Origin: Planctomycetota bacterium
Lineage (GTDB): Bacteria; Planctomycetota; UBA1135; UBA2386
Length of the DNA stretch: 64,000 bases
Assembly (NCBI GenBank): GCA_046290465.1
Contig: JBKAGP010000001.1
Location: forward strand, 3,584,001-3,648,000
Direction of reading: 5' to 3'
Shown: in pieces, positions 9,975 to 22,488 of the stretch
How the letters are laid out: each line of letters begins with the position of its first letter
How positions within the stretch are numbered: position 1 is the stretch's first letter
The notes under the pieces: generated by a model
Seen by the model: only the letters and a program-made list of their open reading frames with translations
What the model was told of the DNA's origin: nothing
Database searches by the model: none
Position numbers and translations under genes: made by a program

Positions 9975-12518
9975 GTGCAAACGTCCGGCAAACGAGGGTC
10001 ACGGCTGCCGCGCCTGCGCGCCGCCTGCGTCGCGGCCCTGCTGATCGCGGCTGCGCCGCTGACGGCGCAGCAGCTGGTGCGCGACGCCGAGGCCGCGCGG
10101 GAAGCCGCGCTCCCCGGCAGCAGCGAACGCCTGCAGGCATCCCTGCACGAGGTGACGACGCTGCTGCGGTTCGACCTCCGCCTGGCGCTGCAGCGCGCGG
10201 CCGAGTGCATCCGGCTCGCCGAGCAGCGCGGCGATCACGCCGCGCTCGCGGTCGCCCACTCGCTACGCGCGCGCGCAGCCGTGCAGACGCTCGGGCCCCA
10301 GGCGGCCCGCGATGCGCTCGCGACCGCGCGCGACGCGCTGCGAGCCGACGCGCCGGCCGCCGCGCGGGCGCAGGTGCACCTGGCGGCGGCGATCGTGCAC
10401 TTCGCGCTCGACGAACCCCCGGAGTGTGTCGCGGAGCTGCGACGCGCGTTCGACCTCGCCGACGAGTCCGGCGACGGCGAGGCGCGCATCCGCGCGCACA
10501 TGCTCGCGCTCACGGTGATCGGCGACCCCGAGGAGGCCGTCGAGGAGACCCGCAAGCTGCACGAACTCGCGCTGGGCGAGGGGCATGCCGGACTGATCTT
10601 CAGCACCAGCCTGTTCCAGACGATGGCGGCCGAGCAGACCGGCGGCCTGACCGACGCCGACGAAAAGTACGCCAGGCTGCTCGACGAGGCGACCCGGCTC
10701 GGCGACCGCGCGACCGAGGCGTTCCTCGCGCTGCGCCGTGCGATCCACCACGCGCCGTCGGACGGCGAACTCGCGATGCAGCTGGTCGACCGCGCGATCG
10801 CGGCCGGCGAAGCGCTCGGCGACCGCGAACAGGCGGCCGTGTCGCACGAGTTCCACGCCCGCATGCTGATGTCCATCGATCGCGCCGACGAGTCGCGCGC
10901 CGCGATCGGCAAGGCCCTCGAGCTGCTCGACGGCTCTGGCATGTTGTTGCGGCAGCAGAGCGCGCTGACGACGGCGGCCTACCTGGCATCGCTGCGAGGA
11001 GACGGCGACGAAGCGCGCCGCCACGGCGATCAGGTGGCCGAGCTCGACGCGGAGATCCGCAAGCGCTCGACGTCCGAGCAGCGCGCGCGGATGTGGCAGG
11101 AGATGGGCAAGCTCGAGACCGACCTGCGCAAGGAGCTCGAGCTGCATCGCCAGAGCGCGGCCGAATACGAGGCGAAGTTCGACCGCGCGATGATCATCGG
11201 CAGCGTCGCGCTGCTCGCCGTGCTCGGCATCGCCGGCGCGCTGCTGTGGCGCAACCAGCGGCGCCTGCGCCGCACCAACGCCGAACTGCAGCAGGCGATG
11301 GCGGCATCCCAGGAGCTGCAACAAGAGCGCGAGGCGCTGGCCAACAACCTGCAGCAGATCGAACGGCTGGAGAGCATCGGCCTGCTCGCCGGCGGCTTCG
11401 CGCACGACTTCAACAACATCCTGGTCGCCGTGCGCGGCAACTCGCAGCTGCTGCTCGGCGACGAGACCGGCGCCGAACGCCGCCAGATGCTCGAGGAGAT
11501 CCTGCAGGCGAGCGACCGCGCCGCCGGGCTGTGCAAGGACATCCTCAGCTACGCCCACGCGACCCCGACGCCGAAGCAGCCCACCGATCTGCGCGAGGTG
11601 CTGCGCGGGATCGTTCCGCTGGCGAAGGCCGGCTTCGGCTCGGGCATCGAGGTCACGCTGGACCTCGGCGAGGCGTCGCAGTTCTCATGCGTCGACCGCG
11701 TGCAGATCGAGCAGGTGCTGCTCAACGTGCTCGTCAACGCCGGCGATGCGGTCGGCGATCGCGGCCACATCCACGTGTCGATCGACCGCCAGCGACTGGA
11801 CGGACGACCGCCCACCGGACACTGGTTCGGCGAGTTCACCGGCGAGCCGCGCGACTGCGTCGCCGTCGCCGTGCTCGACAACGGCCAGGGCATGGACGCC
11901 GAGACCATCCGCCGCATCTTCGACCCGTTCTTCTCGACCCGCTTCGCCGGACGGGGCCTCGGCCTCGCCGCGGCGTTCGGCATCCTGCGCCGCCACGACG
12001 GCATCGTCGAGGTGCAGAGCGAGGTCGGTCGCGGCACGCAGTTCACGATCTACTTGCCGGCGCACGACCAGCAGACGGCCGATGCAGCCGCCGAGCCAGC
12101 GCCGGACGCCGTGCTGCAGCCGCAGCCGCCGCGCCGACAGCCGGACACGCAGAGCCAGGAGACGATCCTGGTCGTCGACGACGAACGTGACGTGTGCACG
12201 ATCGCGACCCGCCTGTTCGAGGGCCAGGGCCACGCGGTGTTGTCGGCGCACGGCGGCCTCGAGGCGCTGGAGCTGGTCGAGTGCTACAACGACCGGATCT
12301 CGCTGGCGCTGCTCGACGTGACGATGCCCGACATGGACGGCCAGACGCTGGCCCGGCACCTGCGCAGCAAGCTGCCCGGCCTGCCGATCGTGCTGATGAC
12401 CGGCCACGCCGAGTCGGCGGTTCGCGGCGACGACCTCGACGTGCCGCTGGTGCTCAAGCCGTTCGACCTGACGCGGCTGACCGCAGTCGTCCGGGACGAA
12501 CTGGCGACACGCGCGTAG
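9975..12518 (+). CDS. Membrane hybrid histidine kinase with exported helical/TPR-like sensor
   Basis: GTG 9975 followed by a signal-peptide-like segment, Ala/Leu-rich helical region, TM (MIIGSVALLAVLGIAGALLW), AHDFNNIL, FDPFFSTR, GRGLGL, receiver ILVVDDE...LDVTMPD...KPF. Confidence 0.9.
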   Translation: MQTSGKRGSRLPRLRAACVAALLIAAAPLTAQQLVRDAEAAREAALPGSSERLQASLHEVTTLLRFDLRLALQRAAECIRLAEQRGDHAALAVAHSLRARAAVQTLGPQAARDALATARDALRADAPAAARAQVHLAAAIVHFALDEPPECVAELRRAFDLADESGDGEARIRAHMLALTVIGDPEEAVEETRKLHELALGEGHAGLIFSTSLFQTMAAEQTGGLTDADEKYARLLDEATRLGDRATEAFLALRRAIHHAPSDGELAMQLVDRAIAAGEALGDREQAAVSHEFHARMLMSIDRADESRAAIGKALELLDGSGMLLRQQSALTTAAYLASLRGDGDEARRHGDQVAELDAEIRKRSTSEQRARMWQEMGKLETDLRKELELHRQSAAEYEAKFDRAMIIGSVALLAVLGIAGALLWRNQRRLRRTNAELQQAMAASQELQQEREALANNLQQIERLESIGLLAGGFAHDFNNILVAVRGNSQLLLGDETGAERRQMLEEILQASDRAAGLCKDILSYAHATPTPKQPTDLREVLRGIVPLAKAGFGSGIEVTLDLGEASQFSCVDRVQIEQVLLNVLVNAGDAVGDRGHIHVSIDRQRLDGRPPTGHWFGEFTGEPRDCVAVAVLDNGQGMDAETIRRIFDPFFSTRFAGRGLGLAAAFGILRRHDGIVEVQSEVGRGTQFTIYLPAHDQQTADAAAEPAPDAVLQPQPPRRQPDTQSQETILVVDDERDVCTIATRLFEGQGHAVLSAHGGLEALELVECYNDRISLALLDVTMPDMDGQTLARHLRSKLPGLPIVLMTGHAESAVRGDDLDVPLVLKPFDLTRLTAVVRDELATRA

Positions 12519-12567
12519 CGAACTCGCGCAAGCGGCCGGATCGGTCGGCACGTATGGTGCCCGACCC

Positions 12568-15500
12568 ATGGCTGCACGCTGCGTTCCGTCGCCTTCCGTC
12601 GCCCGCGCCCGGGCGCTCGCACTCACGATCCTCCCTGCGCTGGCGACCGCCTCGCTCGCGACGCCGGCGCGGACCCAGGAGCCGACCCCCGCGATCGACA
12701 TGTCGCTGCTTGGCGACATCGAGGCCCGCGCGATCGGCCCGGCCGTCGTCGGTGGCCGCATCGGCGCCGTCGCCGGCGTGCCGGGCGACCCGACGATCGT
12801 CTGGGCCGGAGCATCGGCGGGCGGCGTCTGGAAGTCGACCGACGGCGGCGTGACGTTCGAACCGGTCTTCGACGACCAGGACGTCGCGTCGATCGGCGCG
12901 ATCGCGGTGCACCCGACGGCGACCGACATCGTCTGGGTCGGCTCGGGTGAGGGCAATCCGCGCAACTCGGCCAGCGTCGGCCGCGGCATCTACCGCACCA
13001 CCGACGGCGGCCGCTCGTGGACCAAGCTCGGCCTCGACAAGACCGAACGCATCCACCGCATCGTGCTGCATCCCGACGACGCCGACGTTGCCTGGGTGTC
13101 GGCGTTCGGCACCAGCTGGGGCGAGAACGAGCAGCGCGGCGTCTTCAAGACGACCGACGGCGGCGCGACCTGGACCAAGGTGCTCTACGTCGACGAACGC
13201 ACCGGCTGCAGCGACCTGATCCTCGATCCGCGCAACCCGGACAAGCTGTTCGCCAGCATGTGGCAGCACCGGCGCTGGCCGTGGGCGTTCGAGAGCGGCG
13301 GCCCGGGCTCGGGGCTGTATCGCACGCTGGACGGCGGCGAGACGTGGACGCGGCTCGGCAGCGACGACGGCCTGCCCAAGGGCGAACTCGGCCGCATCGG
13401 GCTGGCGATCGCAGCGAGCGATCCGGACGTCGTCTACGCACTGACCGAGGCCAAGAAGAGCGTGCTGCTGCGCAGCGACGACGGCGGCTTCCGCTTCCGC
13501 ACGGTCAACGGCAGCGACGGCATCGCGCCGCGGCCGTTCTACTTCTGCGACATCCGCGTCGACCCGCGCGACCCCAACCGGGTCTACAACATGCACACGG
13601 TCATCGACGTGTCGACGGACGGCGGCCGCAGCTTCGAGACGCTGGTCGGCTGGAACGCCGCGCACCCCGACCACCACTCGATGTGGATCGACCCGCGGGA
13701 TCCCCAGCGCATCCTGATCGGCAACGACGGCGGCGTCTACACCAGTCGCGATCGCGGCGCGCACTGGCGATTCTGCGCCAACCTGCCGCTGGCGCAGTTC
13801 TACCACGTCGCGGTCGACGACGACGTGCCCTACCACGTCTACGGCGGCCTGCAGGACAACGGCAGTTGGCGCGGCCCGGCCAACGTCTGGGAGAACGGCG
13901 GCATCCGCAACCTGCACTGGCAGGAGGTCTGCTTCGGCGACGGCTTCGCGACCATCCCCGACCCGAGCGACAGCCGCCAGGGTTACGCGATGAGCCAGGG
14001 CGGCTCACTGGTGCGGTGGGATCTGCGCGACGGTTCGCGCAAGTCGATCCGGCCGCCGGCGCCCGAGGACGTCGAGCTGCGCTGGCACTGGAACGCGGCG
14101 ATCGCGCTCAATCCGTTCGCCGACGGCACCGTCTACTACGGCAGCCAGTTCGTGCACAAGAGCACCGATCGCGGCGACGGCTGGCAGGTGATCTCGCCGG
14201 ACTTGACCACCGACAATCCGGAGTGGCAGAAGCAGGAGGAGAGCGGCGGGCTCACCATCGACGTCACCGCCGCCGAGAACCACTGCACGATCCTGACGAT
14301 CGCGCCGAGCGCCGTGCAGCAGGGCGTGATCTGGGCCGGCACCGACGACGGCCGCGTGCACGTGACGCGCGACGGCGGCGAGAGCTGGACCAGCGTCGAG
14401 GCCAACGTGCCCGGCCGCCCGCGCAACACCTGGTGCCCGCACATCGAGGCCAGCAAGTTCGACGCGGCGACGGCGTTCGCGGTGTTCGACGGCCACCGCA
14501 ACAGCGACTGGACCAGCTACGTCTACGTCACGCGCGACTTCGGTGCGACGTGGGTGTCGATCGCGACCGAGGCGATCGACGGCTACTGCCACGTCATCGA
14601 ACAGGATCCGGTGCAGAAGGACCTGCTGTGGGTCGGCACCGAGTTCGGGCTGTTCGTCACGTTCGACGGGGGCAAGCAGTGGCACGCCTGGCGACACGGC
14701 GTGCCGACCTGCGCGGCGCGTGCGATCACGACGCAGGAACGCGACGGGGATCTGGTGGTGGCGACGCACGGCCGTTCGATCTTCGTGATCGACGACCTCG
14801 CGGCGCTGCGCGCGATGTCGCCCGAGCTGCTGCAGAAGAAGCTGCACGTGTTCGCGCCGCGCACGGCGATCATGCACGGCGTCTCGCAGACGCCGAGCAC
14901 GCGCTTTCCCGGTCAGGGCGAGTTCCGCGGCGAGACCGCGCGCCGCGGCCTGCTGCTGCAGTTCGTCGCCAACGCGCCCGAGCTGAAGCACCCCGACCCG
15001 AAGGTCGAGAAGACCCGTGAGAAACCGAAGGCATCGAAGCCGGGTGGCAGTGACGAGGGCGACGCGAGCGAGGTCGACGACGACGCCCCCAAGGACAAGG
15101 TGACGATCGAGGTCCGCGACGCCGCGGGCGCGCTGGTGCGCACGTTCCGCGCGGATGCCCACCTCGGCCTCAACCGCGTCTACTGGCGGTTCGAGCGCGA
15201 CGGCGTGCAGGGCCCCAGCCGCAACGTCACCAAGCCGCCGAAGCTGCCGCGCGCCGGCCGCCCGGTGCTGCCCGGCAACTACCGCATCACCGTTCGCTTC
15301 CAGGGGACCGAGCAGGTCGTCGAGGCCGTGGTGCAGCCGGACCCGCGGGTCGAGATCGCGATGGACGATCGCCGCGCCAAGGACGCCCTGCGCGCCGAGC
15401 GCGAACAGCTGATGTCGCGCCTGCACGTCGCCAGCCAGCGCATCGCGCCGATCGGCAAGCAGGTCGACGTCGTGCGCCAACGCCTGGCGCTGGAGGACGA

Positions 15501-15834
15501 GCCCGAAGAGGGGGACGATCCACTGCAGCCGCTGCGCGACGCGCTCGCGGCGGTCGAGAAGGCCCACCAGGACGCGCTCGACCGCGTGTGGGGCAAGGAG
15601 AAGAAGGTGCAGGGCATCAGCCGCGGCAACGACGGCCTGCTGAGCGAGGCCCAACGCCACATGCGGATCTCGTCGACCGACGACGCGCCGAACAAGACCG
15701 AGCGCGACGGCATGGTGCGCGCGACGCGCGTCGTCGCCGAGATCGAGGCCGTGATCGCGACGTTCGTCGAGCAGGACCTGCCGACGTTCCGCAAGGCCGT
15801 CGCCGACAGTGGCATCGGGCTGCTGCCGAAGTAG
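12568..15834 (+). CDS. Exported VPS10/sortilin-like BNR (Asp-box) repeat protein
   Basis: Signal peptide, IGPAVVGGRI, many (S/T)xDGGxTW Asp-boxes, YGGLQDNG, LVVATHGRS. Confidence 0.88.
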   Translation: MAARCVPSPSVARARALALTILPALATASLATPARTQEPTPAIDMSLLGDIEARAIGPAVVGGRIGAVAGVPGDPTIVWAGASAGGVWKSTDGGVTFEPVFDDQDVASIGAIAVHPTATDIVWVGSGEGNPRNSASVGRGIYRTTDGGRSWTKLGLDKTERIHRIVLHPDDADVAWVSAFGTSWGENEQRGVFKTTDGGATWTKVLYVDERTGCSDLILDPRNPDKLFASMWQHRRWPWAFESGGPGSGLYRTLDGGETWTRLGSDDGLPKGELGRIGLAIAASDPDVVYALTEAKKSVLLRSDDGGFRFRTVNGSDGIAPRPFYFCDIRVDPRDPNRVYNMHTVIDVSTDGGRSFETLVGWNAAHPDHHSMWIDPRDPQRILIGNDGGVYTSRDRGAHWRFCANLPLAQFYHVAVDDDVPYHVYGGLQDNGSWRGPANVWENGGIRNLHWQEVCFGDGFATIPDPSDSRQGYAMSQGGSLVRWDLRDGSRKSIRPPAPEDVELRWHWNAAIALNPFADGTVYYGSQFVHKSTDRGDGWQVISPDLTTDNPEWQKQEESGGLTIDVTAAENHCTILTIAPSAVQQGVIWAGTDDGRVHVTRDGGESWTSVEANVPGRPRNTWCPHIEASKFDAATAFAVFDGHRNSDWTSYVYVTRDFGATWVSIATEAIDGYCHVIEQDPVQKDLLWVGTEFGLFVTFDGGKQWHAWRHGVPTCAARAITTQERDGDLVVATHGRSIFVIDDLAALRAMSPELLQKKLHVFAPRTAIMHGVSQTPSTRFPGQGEFRGETARRGLLLQFVANAPELKHPDPKVEKTREKPKASKPGGSDEGDASEVDDDAPKDKVTIEVRDAAGALVRTFRADAHLGLNRVYWRFERDGVQGPSRNVTKPPKLPRAGRPVLPGNYRITVRFQGTEQVVEAVVQPDPRVEIAMDDRRAKDALRAEREQLMSRLHVASQRIAPIGKQVDVVRQRLALEDEPEEGDDPLQPLRDALAAVEKAHQDALDRVWGKEKKVQGISRGNDGLLSEAQRHMRISSTDDAPNKTERDGMVRATRVVAEIEAVIATFVEQDLPTFRKAVADSGIGLLPK

Positions 15835-15844
15835 CCGGACGTTC

Positions 15845-15896
15845 GCGCGGTTCGTCGCCGGCGTTCGGGCGGCGAAAGTTGGAGGATGAACCGCGT
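15845..15896. terminator. Imperfect hairpin between convergent genes
   Basis: GCGCGGTTCGTC ... GATGAACCGCGT pair over 12 bp with two G-U pairs; no U-tract. Confidence 0.35.
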
Positions 15897-15910
15897 ACCG
15901 TACGGCAACT

Positions 15911-16513
15911 TCAGCGGGTGGATTCTTCTTGGCGGAGTTTGCCCAGGCGGAGGGCGAGGCGGGAGAGGCCGCGGTGGACGAGGTTGCGGACGGCGGGCAC
16001 GCTGCGATCCATGCGCTCGGAGATCTCCTCGTATTCGAGGCCGCACAGGCGGCGCATGCTGATCGCGTCCTGGTAGTCGGGCGAGAGTTCGCCGAACGCG
16101 CGCTCGATGCGCTCGATCTCCTCGGCGCTCTGCACCTCGCCGCTCGGCGACAGCAGTTCTCCGATCAGGGAGTGCTCACCCGAACGGGCATCGATCGCCT
16201 TCTCGCGATCGGGCGTGCGCTTGTCGGCATCGACGTAGCGCGCCTTGTCGACCAGCTTGCGCTGCGCCTTGACGTAGAGCCAGTGACGGAACGCGGCCTC
16301 GCCGCGCCACTCGAACCCGCTCAGGTCCCCGAGCGCCTCGCGACAGACCGACTGCACCAGGTCGTCGGGCGTCTCCTTCGAGCGGAGCTTGGCGCCCATG
16401 CGCAACTGCAGCCACGAACGCAACCCGGGGAGGTGGCGGACGAGGAGAACTTCGACCGCCTCGCGGTTTTGCGCCTTTGCACGTGTGACGAGTGGCAGGC
16501 TCGATTCGCTCAT
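15911..16513 (-). CDS. ECF (sigma-70 group IV) sigma factor
   Basis: sigma2: TPDDLVQSVCREAL, FEWRGEAAFRHWLY; sigma4: LSPDYQDAISMRRLCGLEYEEISERMDRSVPAVRNLVHRGL. ATG at 16513. Confidence 0.92.
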   Translation of the reverse strand: MSESSLPLVTRAKAQNREAVEVLLVRHLPGLRSWLQLRMGAKLRSKETPDDLVQSVCREALGDLSGFEWRGEAAFRHWLYVKAQRKLVDKARYVDADKRTPDREKAIDARSGEHSLIGELLSPSGEVQSAEEIERIERAFGELSPDYQDAISMRRLCGLEYEEISERMDRSVPAVRNLVHRGLSRLALRLGKLRQEESTR

Positions 16514-16589
16514 ACCGTTGCGGAAGTCTACCCTGAGCTTCCCACCCTCGTCCCATTGCTCCCCGCGCGGCGATTCGCCCGCCCGCAAT

Positions 16590-19337
<2,748 letters not shown>

Positions 19338-19344
19338 CGAACGG

Positions 19345-22011
19345 ATGACCGCCGACCAAGAACGCCTCGAAGACCTGCTCGCCGAAGCGCTCTCGATCCT
19401 CGAGAGCGACGGCCCGGACGACCTGCGCACGTTCCTCGATCGGCACCCGGCGGAGGCGAGCCAGCTGCGCATGGCCCTCAGTGACCTGCAGCGCTTCGAC
19501 ATGCTCGAGCAACCCGAGTCGGACATGCCTGAGCGCTTCGACGACTTCGTGGTGCGAAGCCAGCTCGGCGTCGGCGGCATGGGCGTCGTCTACCTTGCCG
19601 AGCAACAGTCGCTCGGCCGCGAGGTCGCGATCAAGGTCATCCGCCCCGAACTGCTGCTGTTCGACGGCTCGCGCGAACGCTTCCGCCGCGAGATCGACGC
19701 GGTCGCGCGGCTCGACCACCCGTCGGTCGTGCCGATCCTGGCAACCGGTGCGACCCGCGGGGTGCCGTACTACGTCATGCCGAGGCTGCGCGGCATCAGC
19801 GGCGAGGCGGTGCTGCAGTCGCTGTGCGACCGCGACCCGCGCGAGCTGCGCGCCCGGGACCTGCACGAACTGCTCGGGGGCGTGCCCGGTGCAGCCGACC
19901 ACAGCGCCCACGAGATGTTCGTCGGCAGCTACTGGCAGGCGATCGTGCGCCTGATCCGCAAGGCGGCGCTCGGCATCCAGCACGCCCACAACCGCGGCGT
20001 GCTGCACCGAGACCTCAAGCCATCCAACATCATGCTGTCGCCGGACGGCGACGCGGTCGTGCTCGACTTCGGCCTCGCGCACGCGCGCGGCGACGCGCAG
20101 ATGACGCGCTCCGGGGCGGCAGCCGGCTCGCCCGCCTACATGGCGCCGGAGCAGCTGCGCGGCGACGACGCCGACGAGCGCTCCGACGTCTACGCGCTCG
20201 CGGCCACGCTGCACTGCCTGCTCGCGCTGCAGCCGCCGTTCCCGACCGACAGCAGCGAGGTCCTGCGCAGCAGCATCCTGACCGGCGACCGCCGTTCGCT
20301 GCGCAACCGCACCAACGCACCGCCCGAACTGCTGATGGTGCTCGACTGCGCGCTCGACCTCGACCGCACCCACCGCTACCAGAGCGCGCAGGCGTTCGCC
20401 GACGACCTCGGCGCGGTGCTCGCCGGCGAACCGATCCAGGTCCGTCGCCTGCCGCTGCGGGTGCGCGGGCGCCGCTTCGTCGAACACCATTCGACGCTGA
20501 CCGCGACCCTTGCGGTCGCGATCGGCTTCCTGCTGCTGCTGCCGATCCTGCTGCTGTGGCAGCAGCGCGAGGCCAGCGTGGCGCTCGGTGCGCAGGTGAC
20601 CAAGACCCGCAAGGCCAACGAGGACCTCGCGCGCACCAACGACGAACTCGAGCAGACCAACGGACGGCTCGCCGAACAGGTACACGTCGCCAACCACAGC
20701 CGCCAACTGACGCTCGACGCGATCGAGCGGCTGCTGACCGGCCTGCAGACGCAGAAGCTGCGCAACCAGGCGGGCGCCCAGCGCATCGCGGCCGAGATGC
20801 TGCGCGACGCGCTCGGACTGTTCGACGAACTCGGCGTGCACGAGCCGGACTGGGAGCGCATGGCGGCGCTGCACCTGAGCACGCTCGACCAGCTGATCGG
20901 GATCGAGCGCGACATGGGCCGGCTCGACGACGCCGAACGCCACATCGATGCCGGCCTCGCCCTGATCGAACGGCACGCGCCGACCGCGACGATCCGTCTG
21001 CACCACGCCCGCTTCCAGTTGCGCAAGGCGGCCGCGTGCGCCAACCGCGGCGTGATGGCTGGCGTCCCGGAGCTGATCACCGCGGCGCGCGGCACGCTCG
21101 AGCAGCTGGTCGCCGAGGGCGTCGACGACACCACCACCTTCGTGCGGCTGGCCGATGCGCTGGTCATGCACGCGCGCGTGCACGAGAACCGCGGCGAGCC
21201 GCAGCAGGCCGAGCAGCTGTTCCGCGACGCCATCGATGCGTCCGACCACACCCGCCGCGACGACACCAACCCGACCAGCTGGATGCGCGCGCGGTTCGCG
21301 ATGGTGCAGTTCTTGCGCCGACAGCGCCGGCTCGAAGAAGCCCGGCACGCGGTCGACGAGCTGATCGCGCAGGTCGAGCGGATCCCGCCGAAGCCGCGCA
21401 TGCCGTGGCCGGTGCCCAAGCTCGTGCTCGCCCAGTCGCACGGCGAACGCTTCTCGATCGCCAAGGCGCTGGGTGAGCACGACACCGCGCTCGCCGAGAT
21501 CCGCCGCTCGGTCGAGCTCTACGACGAGCTGGTGCCGGTCTACCGCGACATGACGACGCTGCTGAAGGAACGCGGCGGCGCGCGCTGCAACGTCGCGGTC
21601 CTGCTCTGCAACCGCGGCCAGCACGCCGAAGCGATCCCGCTGGTGCGCCAGGCGATCGCCGACCAGGAGGAGGCGCTGCGCCGCGCGCCGAAGCTGCGCG
21701 GCGCGCACGGCTTCCTGCAGAAGCATCGCATGCTGCTGACGATCTGCCTGCGCGAGACCGGGCAGTGGGACGAGCTCGAGCACGCGGCGATCGCGTTCGC
21801 GAAGCTCGGCCTGCCGGCCAACTGGCTCGAGAACGCGGCGTGGGACCTGCTGCGATGCGCGCAGCGTGCCGAGGCCAGCCACCGCGAACGGCTGCTCGAC
21901 CTCGCCTTCACGTGGCTGCGTTCGTGCCAGAAGGCCGACTACCGCCTGCGACTCGAGAGCCGCGACTACGACGTGATCCGCGGCGACGCGCGGTTCGCGG
22001 AGCTACGGTAG
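19345..22011 (+). CDS. Hanks-type Ser/Thr protein kinase, tandem paralog of the preceding gene
   Basis: LGVGGMGVVY, VAIKV, HRDLKPSN, DFGLA, GSPAYMAPEQ; same domain order and long shared peptides with 16590..19337. Confidence 0.95.
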   Translation: MTADQERLEDLLAEALSILESDGPDDLRTFLDRHPAEASQLRMALSDLQRFDMLEQPESDMPERFDDFVVRSQLGVGGMGVVYLAEQQSLGREVAIKVIRPELLLFDGSRERFRREIDAVARLDHPSVVPILATGATRGVPYYVMPRLRGISGEAVLQSLCDRDPRELRARDLHELLGGVPGAADHSAHEMFVGSYWQAIVRLIRKAALGIQHAHNRGVLHRDLKPSNIMLSPDGDAVVLDFGLAHARGDAQMTRSGAAAGSPAYMAPEQLRGDDADERSDVYALAATLHCLLALQPPFPTDSSEVLRSSILTGDRRSLRNRTNAPPELLMVLDCALDLDRTHRYQSAQAFADDLGAVLAGEPIQVRRLPLRVRGRRFVEHHSTLTATLAVAIGFLLLLPILLLWQQREASVALGAQVTKTRKANEDLARTNDELEQTNGRLAEQVHVANHSRQLTLDAIERLLTGLQTQKLRNQAGAQRIAAEMLRDALGLFDELGVHEPDWERMAALHLSTLDQLIGIERDMGRLDDAERHIDAGLALIERHAPTATIRLHHARFQLRKAAACANRGVMAGVPELITAARGTLEQLVAEGVDDTTTFVRLADALVMHARVHENRGEPQQAEQLFRDAIDASDHTRRDDTNPTSWMRARFAMVQFLRRQRRLEEARHAVDELIAQVERIPPKPRMPWPVPKLVLAQSHGERFSIAKALGEHDTALAEIRRSVELYDELVPVYRDMTTLLKERGGARCNVAVLLCNRGQHAEAIPLVRQAIADQEEALRRAPKLRGAHGFLQKHRMLLTICLRETGQWDELEHAAIAFAKLGLPANWLENAAWDLLRCAQRAEASHRERLLDLAFTWLRSCQKADYRLRLESRDYDVIRGDARFAELR

Positions 22012-22440
22012 CAGGCAGAAGCGCAGACCGACCGACAGCTCGATGCAGCCCGACGGGTTGAAGCACGCGCCCTGCGCGGCGAAGCACTGGCCGACCAGCG
22101 TCGGGTTGTTGGGGATCGCCAGCTGCAGCACCGCGGTCTGCCCCGGCGCCGCCGACACCGAGCCGGCCACCTGCAGCGCCACTGCGCACGGACTGCCGCC
22201 GCACGTCAGCGACGTCGGCAGGTTGGTCGGGGTGATCTCGACCCCGGTCAACAGCTGCGGGAACTCGAGCGCGCTCTGGCACGAGTAGCCGAGGAACAGC
22301 GTCTGGCCGACCTGCACGGACCCGCCGGTGGCGACGAACCCAGACCCGGGACAGCCGCTGCCGGCGATGTTGGACAGCTGCGCCGCCGCCGGCGAAGCGA
22401 GCGCCAGCACAGCGAGCCACGAGGCGAGACGAGGGGGCAT
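22003..22440 (-). CDS. Small secreted Cys-rich hypothetical protein
   Basis: Signal peptide (LAVLALASPAAAQ); GSGCPGS...LAIPNNPTLVGQCFAAQG resembles the C-terminal domain of the FG-GAP protein at 39067. Confidence 0.7.
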   Translation of the reverse strand: MPPRLASWLAVLALASPAAAQLSNIAGSGCPGSGFVATGGSVQVGQTLFLGYSCQSALEFPQLLTGVEITPTNLPTSLTCGGSPCAVALQVAGSVSAAPGQTAVLQLAIPNNPTLVGQCFAAQGACFNPSGCIELSVGLRFCLLP

Positions 22441-22488
22441 GTGGAAATGCTCCGAGGCGGCCAGCGGTCCGTCAACCCGAGCTATGTA

